DNA of 64,000 bases from an uncultured Candidatus Saccharibacteria bacterium (GCA_964461505.1 CAYWUW010000003.1:37680-101679); one strand, 5' to 3'. Positions 28,466 through 39,298 are shown, numbered from the stretch's first letter. Made by a program: numbers and translations. The notes: generated from the letters alone by a model not told the origin.

Positions 28466-30733
28466 ATGAAAAAGAGGTTTCCGGGTTCCAGATTTATTCC
28501 GTTTATTTCAGCTATTTTTTTTATTGCTCTTGCTGTAGGCACTGTGACGAGTTCTGTTATTGATTTAGATTTTAAGTTTAGACCTCTTGTGCTGATTCCT
28601 ATATTTTCTATGGCGACCAACTTATTCTTGCTTTGGACGATTGCCAGGCACAGAAGGCATATTAAATCTATTTTGTGGTTTGGGATATTTGTTGTAACAA
28701 CAATTTTTTGGGGTTTTGCAGATCTTATAACCTTTTTGGCAGCGAACAGAGAAACGGGGATGTTTGCAAGATCTTTTGTGCTGATTCCAGCATTAGTTGG
28801 GGTGGCCTCGGTTATTATCTTTTTTAGCGATACGACCACAGATGCGGAAGAACCTCCGATTGCGCCTAGAGCGTTCATGCTGTTTAATGCTCTCTTTTAT
28901 TTAGTTATTGGGCTTGGCACAAACTTAATTTTTGAAAGAAGGCCAGAGGCAATGATTCAGCGTTCATGGGGCTGGGAAATGCAGCTTGGGCCATTTGGAA
29001 CTCTTTATTTAATTTGGACGCAAATTACTCTTTTATTTGCCTTATGGATAGTAGTGCGTTATTACCGAACCAGGACTAGAGTTGATCAGAAAAAACAGGC
29101 AAAGATATTTTTGATTAGCGTTTTGGTTCCGATTCTTGGTAGTACAACGGTCAACATTATTCCTGCAATTTTGGGTATACCGATAATTCCGCTAGATAGC
29201 CTTTTTACAACCGGAATGGCCGTGCTTATGACCTATGGAATTAATAAATACCAGCTTTTAACAATTAGCCCTGTTCGGATATCTAACAATATTTTGCAGG
29301 CAATGTCGGAATCGGTGGTGGTTACGGATGTAGATTTTGTTATTCAATATACTAATGGGAATGCGGTAAAGATATTGGGCGCGAATGAATCTCTTGATGC
29401 TTCGGAGCAGAATATTAAAGATTTTTTTGAAGAAGATGATTTTAAACGCATCAAAGCGGTGGTTAAAGAAGGCTTAAAAAAGAATAGAGAGCTTAGCGGA
29501 TTAGAGATTGTTGCTAAAGATTCCGAAAAAGTTACGCCAGTTGATATCTCGGTGAGTGAGGTTGCTTCAGATAATAGGAACTCGGCCCCAGCTGGATATA
29601 TTTTTGTTATTTCGGATGTTTCGGCTCTGCAGCAAGCTTATGCAAAATTAGCCGAACAAGAAAAAAAGGTGGAAAGTAAGGTTATTGAAAGAACAGAGCA
29701 ATTATATGCTGAGCATGCAAAGCTAGAGGCCTCGGTAGCAGGCTTGCCAATCGGTTTTGTTATGCTGGATGAAAACATGGCAATTATTGAAAGTAACAGC
29801 GTGGCAAAAGAGCTCTTTGCGGTTAGAGGTGAAAGCAGATGGTATGTTGAAGAAACTCTCAAAGAACTAAGCTTAAGTGATAAGTTTGCAGAAATGCTTA
29901 AAAACAAGCACACTGTTGATATTGATGAAGTTATGGTTGGAGGTAAAACACTACACTTAATTTTTTCTCCGATTATTACCTCTAAAGATGTGATGATTGG
30001 TAGTGTAATTATTATCGAAGATATTTCTAGCAGAAAAGCTGCGGAGGTTGAACGCAATGAATTTATTGTTACGGCATCGCACGAAATTAGAACTCCTTTA
30101 ACGGTGATTCAAGGGAACTTAGCGAATGTGATTGATGAAGAAAAGAAGATTGATAAAAAGTTGGTTCCGCTGGTTAAAAATGCCTACGGCGCATCTGGCC
30201 AGATTTCTAGCCTTTTTAATGATGTTTTAATTATTGCGGATATTGAAAGTGAGGCCAGGCCCAAAAAGCTTTATACAACACGTTTTGATGTGCAAGATCT
30301 TGCTTTTGAAGTTCTGGAAAAATACCGGCCTCGAGCCAACGAGAAGAAGATTAAGCTTAGTATAAAAGGTGCGGCTAAAAATCTTAAAATTAAGGCAGAT
30401 AGAGATGAGATTAAAGAATCTTTGAGTAAATTGGTGGATAATGGAATTAAGTTTACAGAAAAAGGTTTTGTAAAATTAAGCTTAGCTAAAAGTGGTAAAG
30501 ATGTGGTGATTAGAGTTGAAGATTCTGGCAGAGGAATTGCTAAAAAAGAGGTTGATAGATTATTTAAGAAGTTTGTGCGTTTGGATAATAGCTTAAAGCG
30601 AGATCTTGGCGGAACCGGCCTAGGGCTTTATATTGCTAGAGCTCTAGCCGAAAGGAATGGTGGAGATTTAAGCTTAGAAGAATCTAGCAAAACGGGAAGT
30701 ACATTTAAGCTTAAGCTGCCTTTATCAAATTAG
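28466..30733 (+). CDS. Sensor histidine kinase (multi-TM N-terminus, PAS-like region, HisKA, HATPase_c)
   Basis: H-box FIVTASHEIRTPLT; N/G boxes LVDNGIKFT, DSGRGI, GGTGLGLYIA. No response regulator nearby. Confidence 0.85.
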   Translation: MKKRFPGSRFIPFISAIFFIALAVGTVTSSVIDLDFKFRPLVLIPIFSMATNLFLLWTIARHRRHIKSILWFGIFVVTTIFWGFADLITFLAANRETGMFARSFVLIPALVGVASVIIFFSDTTTDAEEPPIAPRAFMLFNALFYLVIGLGTNLIFERRPEAMIQRSWGWEMQLGPFGTLYLIWTQITLLFALWIVVRYYRTRTRVDQKKQAKIFLISVLVPILGSTTVNIIPAILGIPIIPLDSLFTTGMAVLMTYGINKYQLLTISPVRISNNILQAMSESVVVTDVDFVIQYTNGNAVKILGANESLDASEQNIKDFFEEDDFKRIKAVVKEGLKKNRELSGLEIVAKDSEKVTPVDISVSEVASDNRNSAPAGYIFVISDVSALQQAYAKLAEQEKKVESKVIERTEQLYAEHAKLEASVAGLPIGFVMLDENMAIIESNSVAKELFAVRGESRWYVEETLKELSLSDKFAEMLKNKHTVDIDEVMVGGKTLHLIFSPIITSKDVMIGSVIIIEDISSRKAAEVERNEFIVTASHEIRTPLTVIQGNLANVIDEEKKIDKKLVPLVKNAYGASGQISSLFNDVLIIADIESEARPKKLYTTRFDVQDLAFEVLEKYRPRANEKKIKLSIKGAAKNLKIKADRDEIKESLSKLVDNGIKFTEKGFVKLSLAKSGKDVVIRVEDSGRGIAKKEVDRLFKKFVRLDNSLKRDLGGTGLGLYIARALAERNGGDLSLEESSKTGSTFKLKLPLSN

Positions 30734-30941
30734 GTAGGTTTGAAAAGAAAGTAAGTTAAGCGGAACCGGCTCGCTGGAGGGACTGTTTAATTCTGCTTTA
30801 AAAAACTTGAAGATACTAGTTTGGTGGCTGAGCGTCGCGGTCTGGAACCTGTGGGCTGGCCTTTAAGAATGAACTATAGCAAAACAAGACGAATGAGACA
30901 GTGTCTGGTTGATTGTTGAGTTGTGTGGCGAATGATAAGTT

Positions 30942-31490
30942 CTAGCTAGCCCTTATTCTATCAATCATGTATTTCATGTACGGAATGTCTTTAGCTCCTT
31001 CACCCCAATAGTTATCTATTTCTTTGAAAGGTACAAATCTTATTTCGGAGACTTCACGATTTTCGGTAAAATTATCCGCTCCGTTTATGTCTGCTACTCC
31101 AGTGAGGTGAGCTACGTGACTTTTGTCTGGATATCTGGAGTTATGGTCGCAGTGACAAAGTTTTTCCATAACCATGGCACCTTGAAGCTTAACATTATCG
31201 ATGACGATACCACTTTCTTCTAGAGTTTCCCTTGCCGCACACTCTTCGGGGGTTTCGCCTTCATCTTTGTGTCCTCCTGGAAGCTCCCAATTTCTTCCTT
31301 TGCCATTTTGCTTGATTAGAAGGAGTTCGGTTTTAGTCTGATCTGTTACAAATACTTCGCAGCCGGTCATCTCATCTTCGTTGAATATAGGCTGTTCGCT
31401 TATAGTTACGAACGTACCTTTTGAACATCCGGGATTGCCATTTGAGCAGCTTTTATACCAGTATTTTGGTTTGAAGTTGTAGTTTGTCAT
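30942..31490 (-). CDS. NUDIX hydrolase
   Basis: Nudix box GGHKDEGETPEECAARETLEESGI. Confidence 0.8.
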   Translation of the reverse strand: MTNYNFKPKYWYKSCSNGNPGCSKGTFVTISEQPIFNEDEMTGCEVFVTDQTKTELLLIKQNGKGRNWELPGGHKDEGETPEECAARETLEESGIVIDNVKLQGAMVMEKLCHCDHNSRYPDKSHVAHLTGVADINGADNFTENREVSEIRFVPFKEIDNYWGEGAKDIPYMKYMIDRIRAS

Positions 31491-31819
31491 AGTTTAAGTA
31501 CTAAATCTTAATAAAAAGTCACCCTCAAGAAAAAAATCGCAGAGGCAAGGATTTGAATTTGTATTGTAGCATAGATGATCGGCATCGTACTTCTCGATAT
31601 CGTAAACTTACAGGATTAGCTTAATTGACATACAGTACTGATCATACTATAATCTACTCGATATTACATATTGAGATTAGACTAATAAGAAAGATTATCG
31701 CAATAGGAGGAGGAGAAATAGGTAGGACCAAGAAAGGCATATCTAAGCTTCATCTGGAATAGAGACAGTATTAATGCGTCCAAACATAAAGATAATTGAT
31801 GGAATGAAAAGTTTATTTA

Positions 31820-32491
31820 CTAATCTAAAACTACTTCTGCAAGGTCATCGACTATGAATAAGTCTCTATTTTTATCCTCCTGTAAGTGAGGTATACTCTT
31901 GTTTCTTTTTACTAGCAGGGCTTTTGCTCCTACGTTTTTGGCCAACTGAGCGTCAACAAATTGATCACCAACAACTAAAAGATTATCGGGCTTAATATCG
32001 TTCCGCTTCATCCATTCTGTAAGTGAGCGACCATCTGGTTTTCTAAATTCTGATTCATCGCCACATATAATATCATCCAGATAATCTTTCAGCACACTTG
32101 CTGAGACAATTGCTCTGGGACTCGCAGATCCTCTACCTTTATGGTCTCTATTAGTAATAAGAAGCTGGATAATACCTTTATTGTGAGCTTGCCTACATAG
32201 CATTAGGGCGTCTTTGTAAAGGTGTCCCTCAATATCAACTTTATATAACTCGTCTTGTTTCTTTAGGAAGCTATCAAGAATCGGTATAAGTTCCTTTTCA
32301 TCTAATCTTAGAGTGTTTTTTAGGGTGTCCTGTAATGAACCATGGTAGTGCCTTAAGCGTGTTTCTAGGCTTGGCATTTCCCGTCCAGTTTCATCAGTGA
32401 TCTCTTCCATAATCTTTTCACTAATATGGAAGCTATCTAGCAGAGTACCGTCAAGATCCCAGACTATTGCCTTTACGTTTTTTATATTCAT
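31820..32491 (-). CDS. HAD-superfamily hydrolase
   Basis: AIVWDLDGTLLDS (motif I), ..ITNR.., VVGDQFVDAQ (motif IV). Confidence 0.75.
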   Translation of the reverse strand: MNIKNVKAIVWDLDGTLLDSFHISEKIMEEITDETGREMPSLETRLRHYHGSLQDTLKNTLRLDEKELIPILDSFLKKQDELYKVDIEGHLYKDALMLCRQAHNKGIIQLLITNRDHKGRGSASPRAIVSASVLKDYLDDIICGDESEFRKPDGRSLTEWMKRNDIKPDNLLVVGDQFVDAQLAKNVGAKALLVKRNKSIPHLQEDKNRDLFIVDDLAEVVLD

Positions 32492-32578
32492 ATATTAATC
32501 ATAACAAAGGCACCCGTATAAGGTGCCAGGTGGAAAATATTACTTTAATGGTTTTACGGTCACCTTTGGTGTACAACT

Positions 32579-32653
32579 TGGCTGGGGCGGTAGGATTCGA
32601 ACCTACGATCTGCGGCACCAAAAACCGTTGCCCTACCACTAGGCCACGCCCCA
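32579..32653 (-). tRNA. tRNA-Gln (anticodon TTG), CCA encoded
   Basis: The reverse complement tggggcgtggcctagtggtagggcaacggtttttggtgccgcagatcgtaggttcgaatcctaccgccccagcca has a U1-A72 pair and the T-loop ttcgaat. Confidence 0.85.
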
Positions 32654-32746
32654 ATAAAACTACACCTTAAGTTTAGCAAAAATAGAGCTCTTATTCAATT
32701 TAACATCAGCTATTTTAGGGCCGCTAAGCTTAAAATAAGATAAAGT

Positions 32747-33853
32747 ATGGATAAAAGCGGCTCAAAAAGAATTGTTTCACTTGATTTAATTCGTGGTTAT
32801 TTTTTGTTTGTGATTTTGATAGATCATTTGGGTAGGTTCTTTGGTTTTTGGGAGCTTTTTACAGGGAGAGGTGCACAATGGGTTTCAGCGGCGGAAGGGT
32901 TCTTTTTTGTTTCTGGAATCATGATTGGCCTGGTGCGCGGCAGAAAGATGGAAGGCAGGCCGATGAGCGAGGTTTTAGAAAAGTGCTGGTCGCGAGCTCT
33001 GGTTTTGTATTTTTGGGCACTTGGGCTTTCTCTATTCTTTAGTTTTATTGCTATTAATTTTTCGGGGCTAGCTGGGTTGAAGGCTGGTATTTATTCTGAT
33101 GGTTCAAACTGGAATTTGGTCAGAGATACTTTCAGTTTGTATTTTAGTTATGGCTGGGCAGATTTTTTAAGATACTACGCAGTTTATTTATTTTTTGCTC
33201 CTTTGGCAATTTGGTTATTTAGAATTCGTGCTTGGTGGGTGGTTTTGCTGCTAAGCTTAAGCGTTTGGCTGGGGACTGAATCTATGATGAATTCCTGGCA
33301 GATTCTATTTTTTAGTGGAGCTCTTGTTGGTTATTATCATCAAGAAATTTGGGCTAAGTTTTCTAATTTAAAGATGAAGTGGCAGCGGCTAATTAGAAGA
33401 TCTATTTTTGCGGTATCTTTAATAACCTTAAGCTTAAGTATTTGGTTTACAACCATTGTAGAGGAATACGGCAAGAATGTGGGGAGCAGTTTTTTAGGTT
33501 TGGATTTAGGCGGCGCGCGGAATTATTCTATTGAAACATTGAGAGTTGTTTTTGATAAAACTTCTCTTGCTCCTGCCAGATTGGCTCTGTTTTATTTGTG
33601 GTTTATGGCGCTATATTTGTTGGTTCGTAAATATGAGAATTTTTTAGAAGAGAAGCTTGGTTGGCTGCTGATTACTTTGGGGCAAAATTCTTTGTACGTT
33701 TATATTATGCACGCCATCATTCTGTTCTGCTTAAACTTAATTGTTCCGGAAGGTTTAGCTTGGCCGCTTAATGTTTTAATTGCAACTAGTTTTGTGGGTG
33801 GAATTTGGTGGTTAACAAAAAAGAGATTTCTTTTTAGAATTGTTCCGAGGTAA
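32747..33853 (+). CDS. OpgC/acyltransferase-3-like polytopic membrane protein
   Basis: RIVSLDLIRGYFLFVILIDHL at the N-terminus and about 10 TM segments. Confidence 0.5.
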   Translation: MDKSGSKRIVSLDLIRGYFLFVILIDHLGRFFGFWELFTGRGAQWVSAAEGFFFVSGIMIGLVRGRKMEGRPMSEVLEKCWSRALVLYFWALGLSLFFSFIAINFSGLAGLKAGIYSDGSNWNLVRDTFSLYFSYGWADFLRYYAVYLFFAPLAIWLFRIRAWWVVLLLSLSVWLGTESMMNSWQILFFSGALVGYYHQEIWAKFSNLKMKWQRLIRRSIFAVSLITLSLSIWFTTIVEEYGKNVGSSFLGLDLGGARNYSIETLRVVFDKTSLAPARLALFYLWFMALYLLVRKYENFLEEKLGWLLITLGQNSLYVYIMHAIILFCLNLIVPEGLAWPLNVLIATSFVGGIWWLTKKRFLFRIVPR

Positions 33854-33869
33854 ACTTTTTAACTTAAGC

Positions 33870-34418
33870 TTAAGAGCTTATCCCAACAAGTTCTATTTCA
33901 AAAACTAGATCGGCATTTGGCGGAATATCAGAACCTGCACCTTCGGCTCCGTAGCCTTTTTCGGATGGAATGATAAGTTTACGTTTTCCGCCAACCTTCA
34001 TGCCTGGAACTCCTTCTATCCAGCCAGAAATTAGACCTCCTTCTGTTAGCGGGAATTCAACGCCTTGATCATTGCTGTCAAAAACGGCTCCGGTGGAAGC
34101 CAATGCTCCTTTATATTTAACTTTGACCTTATCGCCAAGTTTGGCCTCTTGGCCGGTTCCGGTGGTTATATCGATAATTTGCAAGTTGGTCACATCGCCA
34201 TCTACTTTTAGATTTGAGTCGATTTCGGCAGCAGGCTGATCTGCAGAATCTTGCTGCTTTTGGAGTTCTTCGAGCTGTTTAGCAATGTCATCTTGCTGGC
34301 TCTGAGTTTGATCCTTCTTCATAAACGGAACTATAAAACTTGCCGCAAGCGATCCAACAAAAATTATTAAAATAGCAATTGAAAGAATTTGTGTGCTGTT
34401 CATCTTTTTTTTAGCCAA
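33870..34418 (-). CDS. FKBP-type peptidyl-prolyl cis-trans isomerase, membrane-anchored
   Basis: FDSN..FPL..GGLISGWIEGVPGMKVGGKRKLIIPSEKGYG...DLVFEIELV. Confidence 0.85.
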   Translation of the reverse strand: MAKKKMNSTQILSIAILIIFVGSLAASFIVPFMKKDQTQSQQDDIAKQLEELQKQQDSADQPAAEIDSNLKVDGDVTNLQIIDITTGTGQEAKLGDKVKVKYKGALASTGAVFDSNDQGVEFPLTEGGLISGWIEGVPGMKVGGKRKLIIPSEKGYGAEGAGSDIPPNADLVFEIELVGISS

Positions 34419-34500
34419 AGCGTTTTACCCTCTTTTTAAATCTTGAAATTACAGAGCTTAATTATAGCAGAAAGATAAAGAAGATTAAGCTTAGCAAAAT

Positions 34501-34509
34501 TGGTATAAT
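34501..34509 (+). promoter_or_regulatory. Extended -10 element TGgTATAAT upstream of obg
   Basis: Read directly; about 60 nt upstream of the obg ATG. Confidence 0.35.
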
Positions 34510-34559
34510 TAGAATTGTCTAAAAGAATAAGGTGGATGCTGAATTCGGTGTGAGATTGA

Positions 34560-35879
<1,320 letters not shown>

Positions 35880-35888
35880 AACCGATTG

Positions 35889-35926
35889 CTCCCTCGCCCT
35901 TGCAGGGAGAGGGCTGGGGTGAGGGT
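35889..35926. repeat. C/G-rich repeat (same family as 13591-13623, opposite orientation)
   Basis: ctccctcgcccttgcagggagagggctggggtgagggt. Confidence 0.6.
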
Positions 35927-35948
35927 GATTAGTGTTAAGCTTAAGATT

Positions 35949-36389
35949 ATGCTAGATAAAATTTTGAATCACTTTGAGGATTTTGAACCGAAATGGAGGT
36001 TTAAGCTTAATGTTGTTGGCTTGGTGTTCTGCTTTGTGGTGTTCTGGCTAATTCATCAGGCTAAGCTTAAAATAGATATGAAGTTGCCAGAGTTTATTAA
36101 CCTGCCAAACTTTATTGGTAATGTAGATTCGGTGATTTTGGCTCTGGCTGGCGGATTTTTGGTTGGTTGGATTCTGGCTCGATTTACTAAGCTTAATGGT
36201 TCTAGAATTTTTAGAATTGGAGTTTTTGCCGGAACCTTAATTGGCCTGATGCAAAATGTTCTAATTGAAACTAGCTTTGGCATGAAGCTTTTGAATCAAC
36301 CAAATGTTTCGGATCCGCTGGATGTTTTTTGGGGAACGGTTTTTTGCCTTATTGCCTGTTTTGTAAGCTTTAAAACTGAGCAGATTTAA
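35949..36389 (+). CDS. Hypothetical membrane protein
   Basis: MLDKILNHFE... with four hydrophobic segments. The ORF-track N-terminus (35886) is translated repeat sequence. Confidence 0.45.
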   Translation: MLDKILNHFEDFEPKWRFKLNVVGLVFCFVVFWLIHQAKLKIDMKLPEFINLPNFIGNVDSVILALAGGFLVGWILARFTKLNGSRIFRIGVFAGTLIGLMQNVLIETSFGMKLLNQPNVSDPLDVFWGTVFCLIACFVSFKTEQI

Positions 36390-36424
36390 GCTTAATCTAA
36401 ATTAATTGAACTGAAACAAGATTA

Positions 36425-36519
36425 TGTCATCCTGAGCGAAGCTGAAGGATCTTGATCTTCTGTTCAGACTAGACCTGTACTAAAATGGAGATCTCTCGAC
36501 ATAAGCTCGAGATGACAAA
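36425..36519. repeat. Two adjacent hairpin repeats downstream of trpS
   Basis: 36425-36452 tgtcatcctgagcgaagctgaaggatct; 36487-36519 ggagatctctcgacataagctcgagatgacaaa. Confidence 0.65.
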
Positions 36520-36522
36520 TTA

Positions 36523-37548
36523 TTAGTCTCTTAGCCCAACGGCTTTTTGAACTTTTTGTAGTGTTTGATCTGCAACTTCTCGCATTTTTTGTTCGGAAGA
36601 TTTAAGCTTAGCTTCCAGAACATTCTGATCTACCTTTTGAAAATTATCTTGGAGTTCTGTAAGAGTTTTTTCTACGGCAGCAGCAACTCTTTTTTTAAGT
36701 TCGCCATACTGAGTTTGGCCGACGAATTCTTGATTAACTTGAGCTTGAGTTTTTTGTTCGAGAAGAGCTAAGAGCACGAGCAGATTGGTGATTCCGGGTT
36801 GGTTAAGCTTATCAAAATTGATTTTGCCAACACTGTCGGTTGTGGCGGAGATGACTTTTTTGGCAGCGAGTTTTGGATCGTCAAATAAAAGAATGGTTCC
36901 GTTTGGATCTTTTACGGATTTGCTCATCTTTTTTTGAGGATTGGTTAAGCTCATGATTCTAATTGAATCTTGCTGCCCGGCGAATTCAACTTGTTCTTTA
37001 ATTTCTGCCGGAGCTTGAAAGACATCTCCGAATTTATTGTTAAACCTTTCGGCAAGATCTCGTGTGAATTCTAGATGTTGGCGCTGATCTTCGCCCACGG
37101 GAACGTATTTTGCGCCGTAAAGCAGCATATCTGCCGCCATTAAAACTGGGTAATCAAAGAGCCCGGCTGAGACGAACTCTACGTCTTTTCGCTCGGCTTT
37201 ATCTTTAAATTCAGTCATTCTAGAAAGAACTCCAAAACTGGCAAAGTTATTTAAGATTATGGCCAGCTCGGAATGTGTGGAGATTCTGCTTTGGCGGTAA
37301 AGTTCAACGTTTTTTAAATCAATTGGTAATCCGGCCGCCACAAAAAGCCGCAGATTCTTGATGCTGTTTGCGTAAAGATTGTTGTGATCAACGGGAGTTG
37401 TGAATGAATGGAGATCGGGCACAAAAAGTGCGACCTGGTAATCTTTTGATTTTTGATGAGCCATCTTAATTAGAGGTTGAATCGCGCCAAGGTAATTTCC
37501 GAGAGTTAGCTCATCATTACAGCGGATTCCAGTTAAAATAGTTTGCAT
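36523..37548 (-). CDS. trpS: Tryptophan--tRNA ligase (core copy)
   Basis: MQTILTGIR..LTLGNYLG (HIGH-like), KMSKS present. An alternative start at 37575 would add 9 aa. Confidence 0.9.
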   Translation of the reverse strand: MQTILTGIRCNDELTLGNYLGAIQPLIKMAHQKSKDYQVALFVPDLHSFTTPVDHNNLYANSIKNLRLFVAAGLPIDLKNVELYRQSRISTHSELAIILNNFASFGVLSRMTEFKDKAERKDVEFVSAGLFDYPVLMAADMLLYGAKYVPVGEDQRQHLEFTRDLAERFNNKFGDVFQAPAEIKEQVEFAGQQDSIRIMSLTNPQKKMSKSVKDPNGTILLFDDPKLAAKKVISATTDSVGKINFDKLNQPGITNLLVLLALLEQKTQAQVNQEFVGQTQYGELKKRVAAAVEKTLTELQDNFQKVDQNVLEAKLKSSEQKMREVADQTLQKVQKAVGLRD

Positions 37549-37622
37549 AGTATTTTTTCTTTCTAATCCATCCATGGCCCTGGCAAAGATGGATCTTAAT
37601 TATTTAAGTTTGATTATAGACT

Positions 37623-37650
37623 AAAAAACCTCCGTGGTAAGTAGCGGAGG
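37623..37650 (-). terminator. Intrinsic terminator within the trpS leader (attenuator)
   Basis: Minus strand CCUCCG-CUACUUACCA-CGGAGG followed by UUUUUU, about 50-75 nt upstream of trpS. Confidence 0.65.
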
Positions 37651-37680
37651 TTAAAATTAAGATTTTATTTAATACAAAAA

Positions 37681-37743
37681 CTAAGAGCTACTTACCAAAA
37701 GCCAAGTAGTGTTCCAGTATAGAGCTGTATTAAAAATTAACAT
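37681..37743 (-). CDS. Candidate 20-aa leader peptide MLIFNTALYWNTTWLLVSSS (two Trp codons)
   Basis: ATG 7 nt downstream of a TATACT -10 box. TGG codons at 37716-37714 and 37704-37702. The ORF covers the antiterminator arm. Confidence 0.55.
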   Translation of the reverse strand: MLIFNTALYWNTTWLLVSSS

Positions 37744-37750
37744 GATTTAA

Positions 37751-37779
37751 AGTATATCAGCTTATTAAGCTTAAGTCAA
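37751..37779 (-). promoter_or_regulatory. Sigma-70-like promoter TTGACT-17-TATACT for the trpS leader
   Basis: Read directly on the minus strand. The -35 overlaps the tyrA stop codon. Confidence 0.6.
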
Positions 37780-38496
37780 ACCATCTAGTTTATCTCGGAG
37801 TTTATCTACGTGGTTGGCGAATTCATCACGAACTTTTTGGGCGTATGGGTTATCTTTATGAACAGAATCTATGAGTTCCCTGCTTTCGATTTCGGCAACC
37901 TTGCTTAAGCTTAGTAATTTTGTAAAAGATGGAGTCGTAATGCCATGTTCTTCGAGTTTAAACGGAGCGAGAGTTTCGGAAACAAAGAAGGTTAGAGCAT
38001 GCGTGTAGGCCATAGCTTGATCATGCTCTGCGGCCGTCATCTGAATGATGTTCAACTTAAGTTTAGCGCCACAGTATTCAAGAAGACTTTCGGCGAGAGC
38101 TCCATTGAATTCGCAAACGATTAATTTAAGATTTTTTGTGGATTTTTTGGCGGATTGTGGGCCAAATAGCGGATGCGTAATAAGCAAGTTATGGTGAGCC
38201 GGAAGTGCATTTTTGATGAGTTCTAGCGGTTTAAGCTTAATAGAACAAACATCTACCAAAAGAGATTCTTTTTTAAGATATGGTTTAAGTTCTTTAAGAA
38301 CTTTTGGGTAAGCATTAAAAGTGACGGAAAGAATTACAATATCTGATTTAAAAACTTTAAGACGCTCTTCTTCGCTAGAATCTCGCCCAATCATCTTAAT
38401 TTCAGAAGCGTAACTTTTAAAAAGCTTTGCTAAGAGCTTGGCAAAGCTCCCTCTTACGATTATTCCAATGGTTGGTTTTTTATCTTTTTTTAACAC
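37771..38496 (-). CDS. tyrA: Prephenate/arogenate dehydrogenase family protein
   Basis: N-terminal Rossmann-like IGIIVRGSFAKLL, LITHPLFGPQS (THPMFGP motif). GTG start. Confidence 0.7.
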   Translation of the reverse strand: MLKKDKKPTIGIIVRGSFAKLLAKLFKSYASEIKMIGRDSSEEERLKVFKSDIVILSVTFNAYPKVLKELKPYLKKESLLVDVCSIKLKPLELIKNALPAHHNLLITHPLFGPQSAKKSTKNLKLIVCEFNGALAESLLEYCGAKLKLNIIQMTAAEHDQAMAYTHALTFFVSETLAPFKLEEHGITTPSFTKLLSLSKVAEIESRELIDSVHKDNPYAQKVRDEFANHVDKLRDKLDGLT

Positions 38497-38660
38497 TTTT
38501 GATTATTATTTATTGCTTATTGTTGATTTTTGCTTGTCTTGCTTGATTGGTGTAAGGTCTAACTCGTTCTGAATCTTTTCTAATATTATATAAGAAAGGC
38601 CCGGAGATTGCGCGCCTCTTGCTTAAGCTTAGAGGATGAGCGTAAAGAAGTTTGTTAAGC

Positions 38661-39242
38661 TTAAGTTAAACTTGGGGCGAGACTTGGGGCAAGTTCTTCT
38701 GCGCCGACAATTCTACATGTTACTGGGCCGAGCAGCACTGCCGGGGCTTGGCTAGGATTAACATTAGGTAGAGTCGTGCCTGAGAATTTAAGGAACGGTG
38801 CCTCTTCAGCGGGTACGAAAGAGCAGCCTAGAGGATCAGCTTCTCTTCTAGTTAAGCCCAGACCATTAAGCTGCCCAGAATCTTGTCTCCCGAGTACTAA
38901 TGTACCAAAGCCACGGCTTAGCTTAAGTTTAGTTGCCGGAAATAGAACTTCGCCACGAGCACGAACAAGTTCGAAAGCAGATACGATGGCTCCTAACATG
39001 TCTTCTAGGTCGACATGGGCACCACGAGATGACATTATCTTCAAAAAGCGTTCGCGATCTTGCTCTCCTCTAACCACTCCCATTAGAAACTCAACGGGAG
39101 GTTTTTTGAAAACCTGACCTAGAGATCTTGCGCGTCCTTTTTGACCATGCGGATATTGATAGTGTTCTGGTAACTCTAGAACTGGCCTAGAAATTACTAG
39201 ATCTTTTGGTTCGAGTGTTTTTGGTGCTGAGTTTCTTGCCAT
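38661..39242 (-). CDS. Hypothetical protein (orphan inside a direct-repeat-flanked insertion)
   Basis: 193-aa ORF. No family recognised. A 113-aa antisense ORF also exists. Confidence 0.4.
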   Translation of the reverse strand: MARNSAPKTLEPKDLVISRPVLELPEHYQYPHGQKGRARSLGQVFKKPPVEFLMGVVRGEQDRERFLKIMSSRGAHVDLEDMLGAIVSAFELVRARGEVLFPATKLKLSRGFGTLVLGRQDSGQLNGLGLTRREADPLGCSFVPAEEAPFLKFSGTTLPNVNPSQAPAVLLGPVTCRIVGAEELAPSLAPSLT

Positions 39243-39298
39243 AAAGATATAATTATAGCAGATATATACTCTCTAGTCTAGCTTAAGCTTAGGTGATG

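Noticed and set aside
30822-30862. tRNA-like fragment (tggctgagcgtcgcggtctggaacctgtggg) resembling the 3' half of the tRNA-Gln at 32579; considered as an att-site remnant, tmRNA or SRP RNA.
   Set aside because: Only about 19 of 34 positions match tRNA-Gln. I could not fold a T-arm or acceptor stem. No tmRNA or SRP RNA signature motifs are present. The similarity is too weak to call.
32467-32670. 67-aa plus-strand ORF.
   Set aside because: It overlaps the tRNA-Gln gene on the opposite strand, so it is spurious.
37576-37770. T-box riboswitch upstream of the core trpS.
   Set aside because: No specifier-loop or T-box consensus (..GGGTGGTACCGCG..) is recognisable, and the leader is too short. 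A leader-peptide attenuator fits the sequence better.
38776-39117. 113-aa plus-strand ORF antisense to the 193-aa orphan ORF.
   Set aside because: It is shorter than the minus-strand ORF, which also has a terminal position consistent with its neighbours. The coding strand of this cassette is still uncertain.
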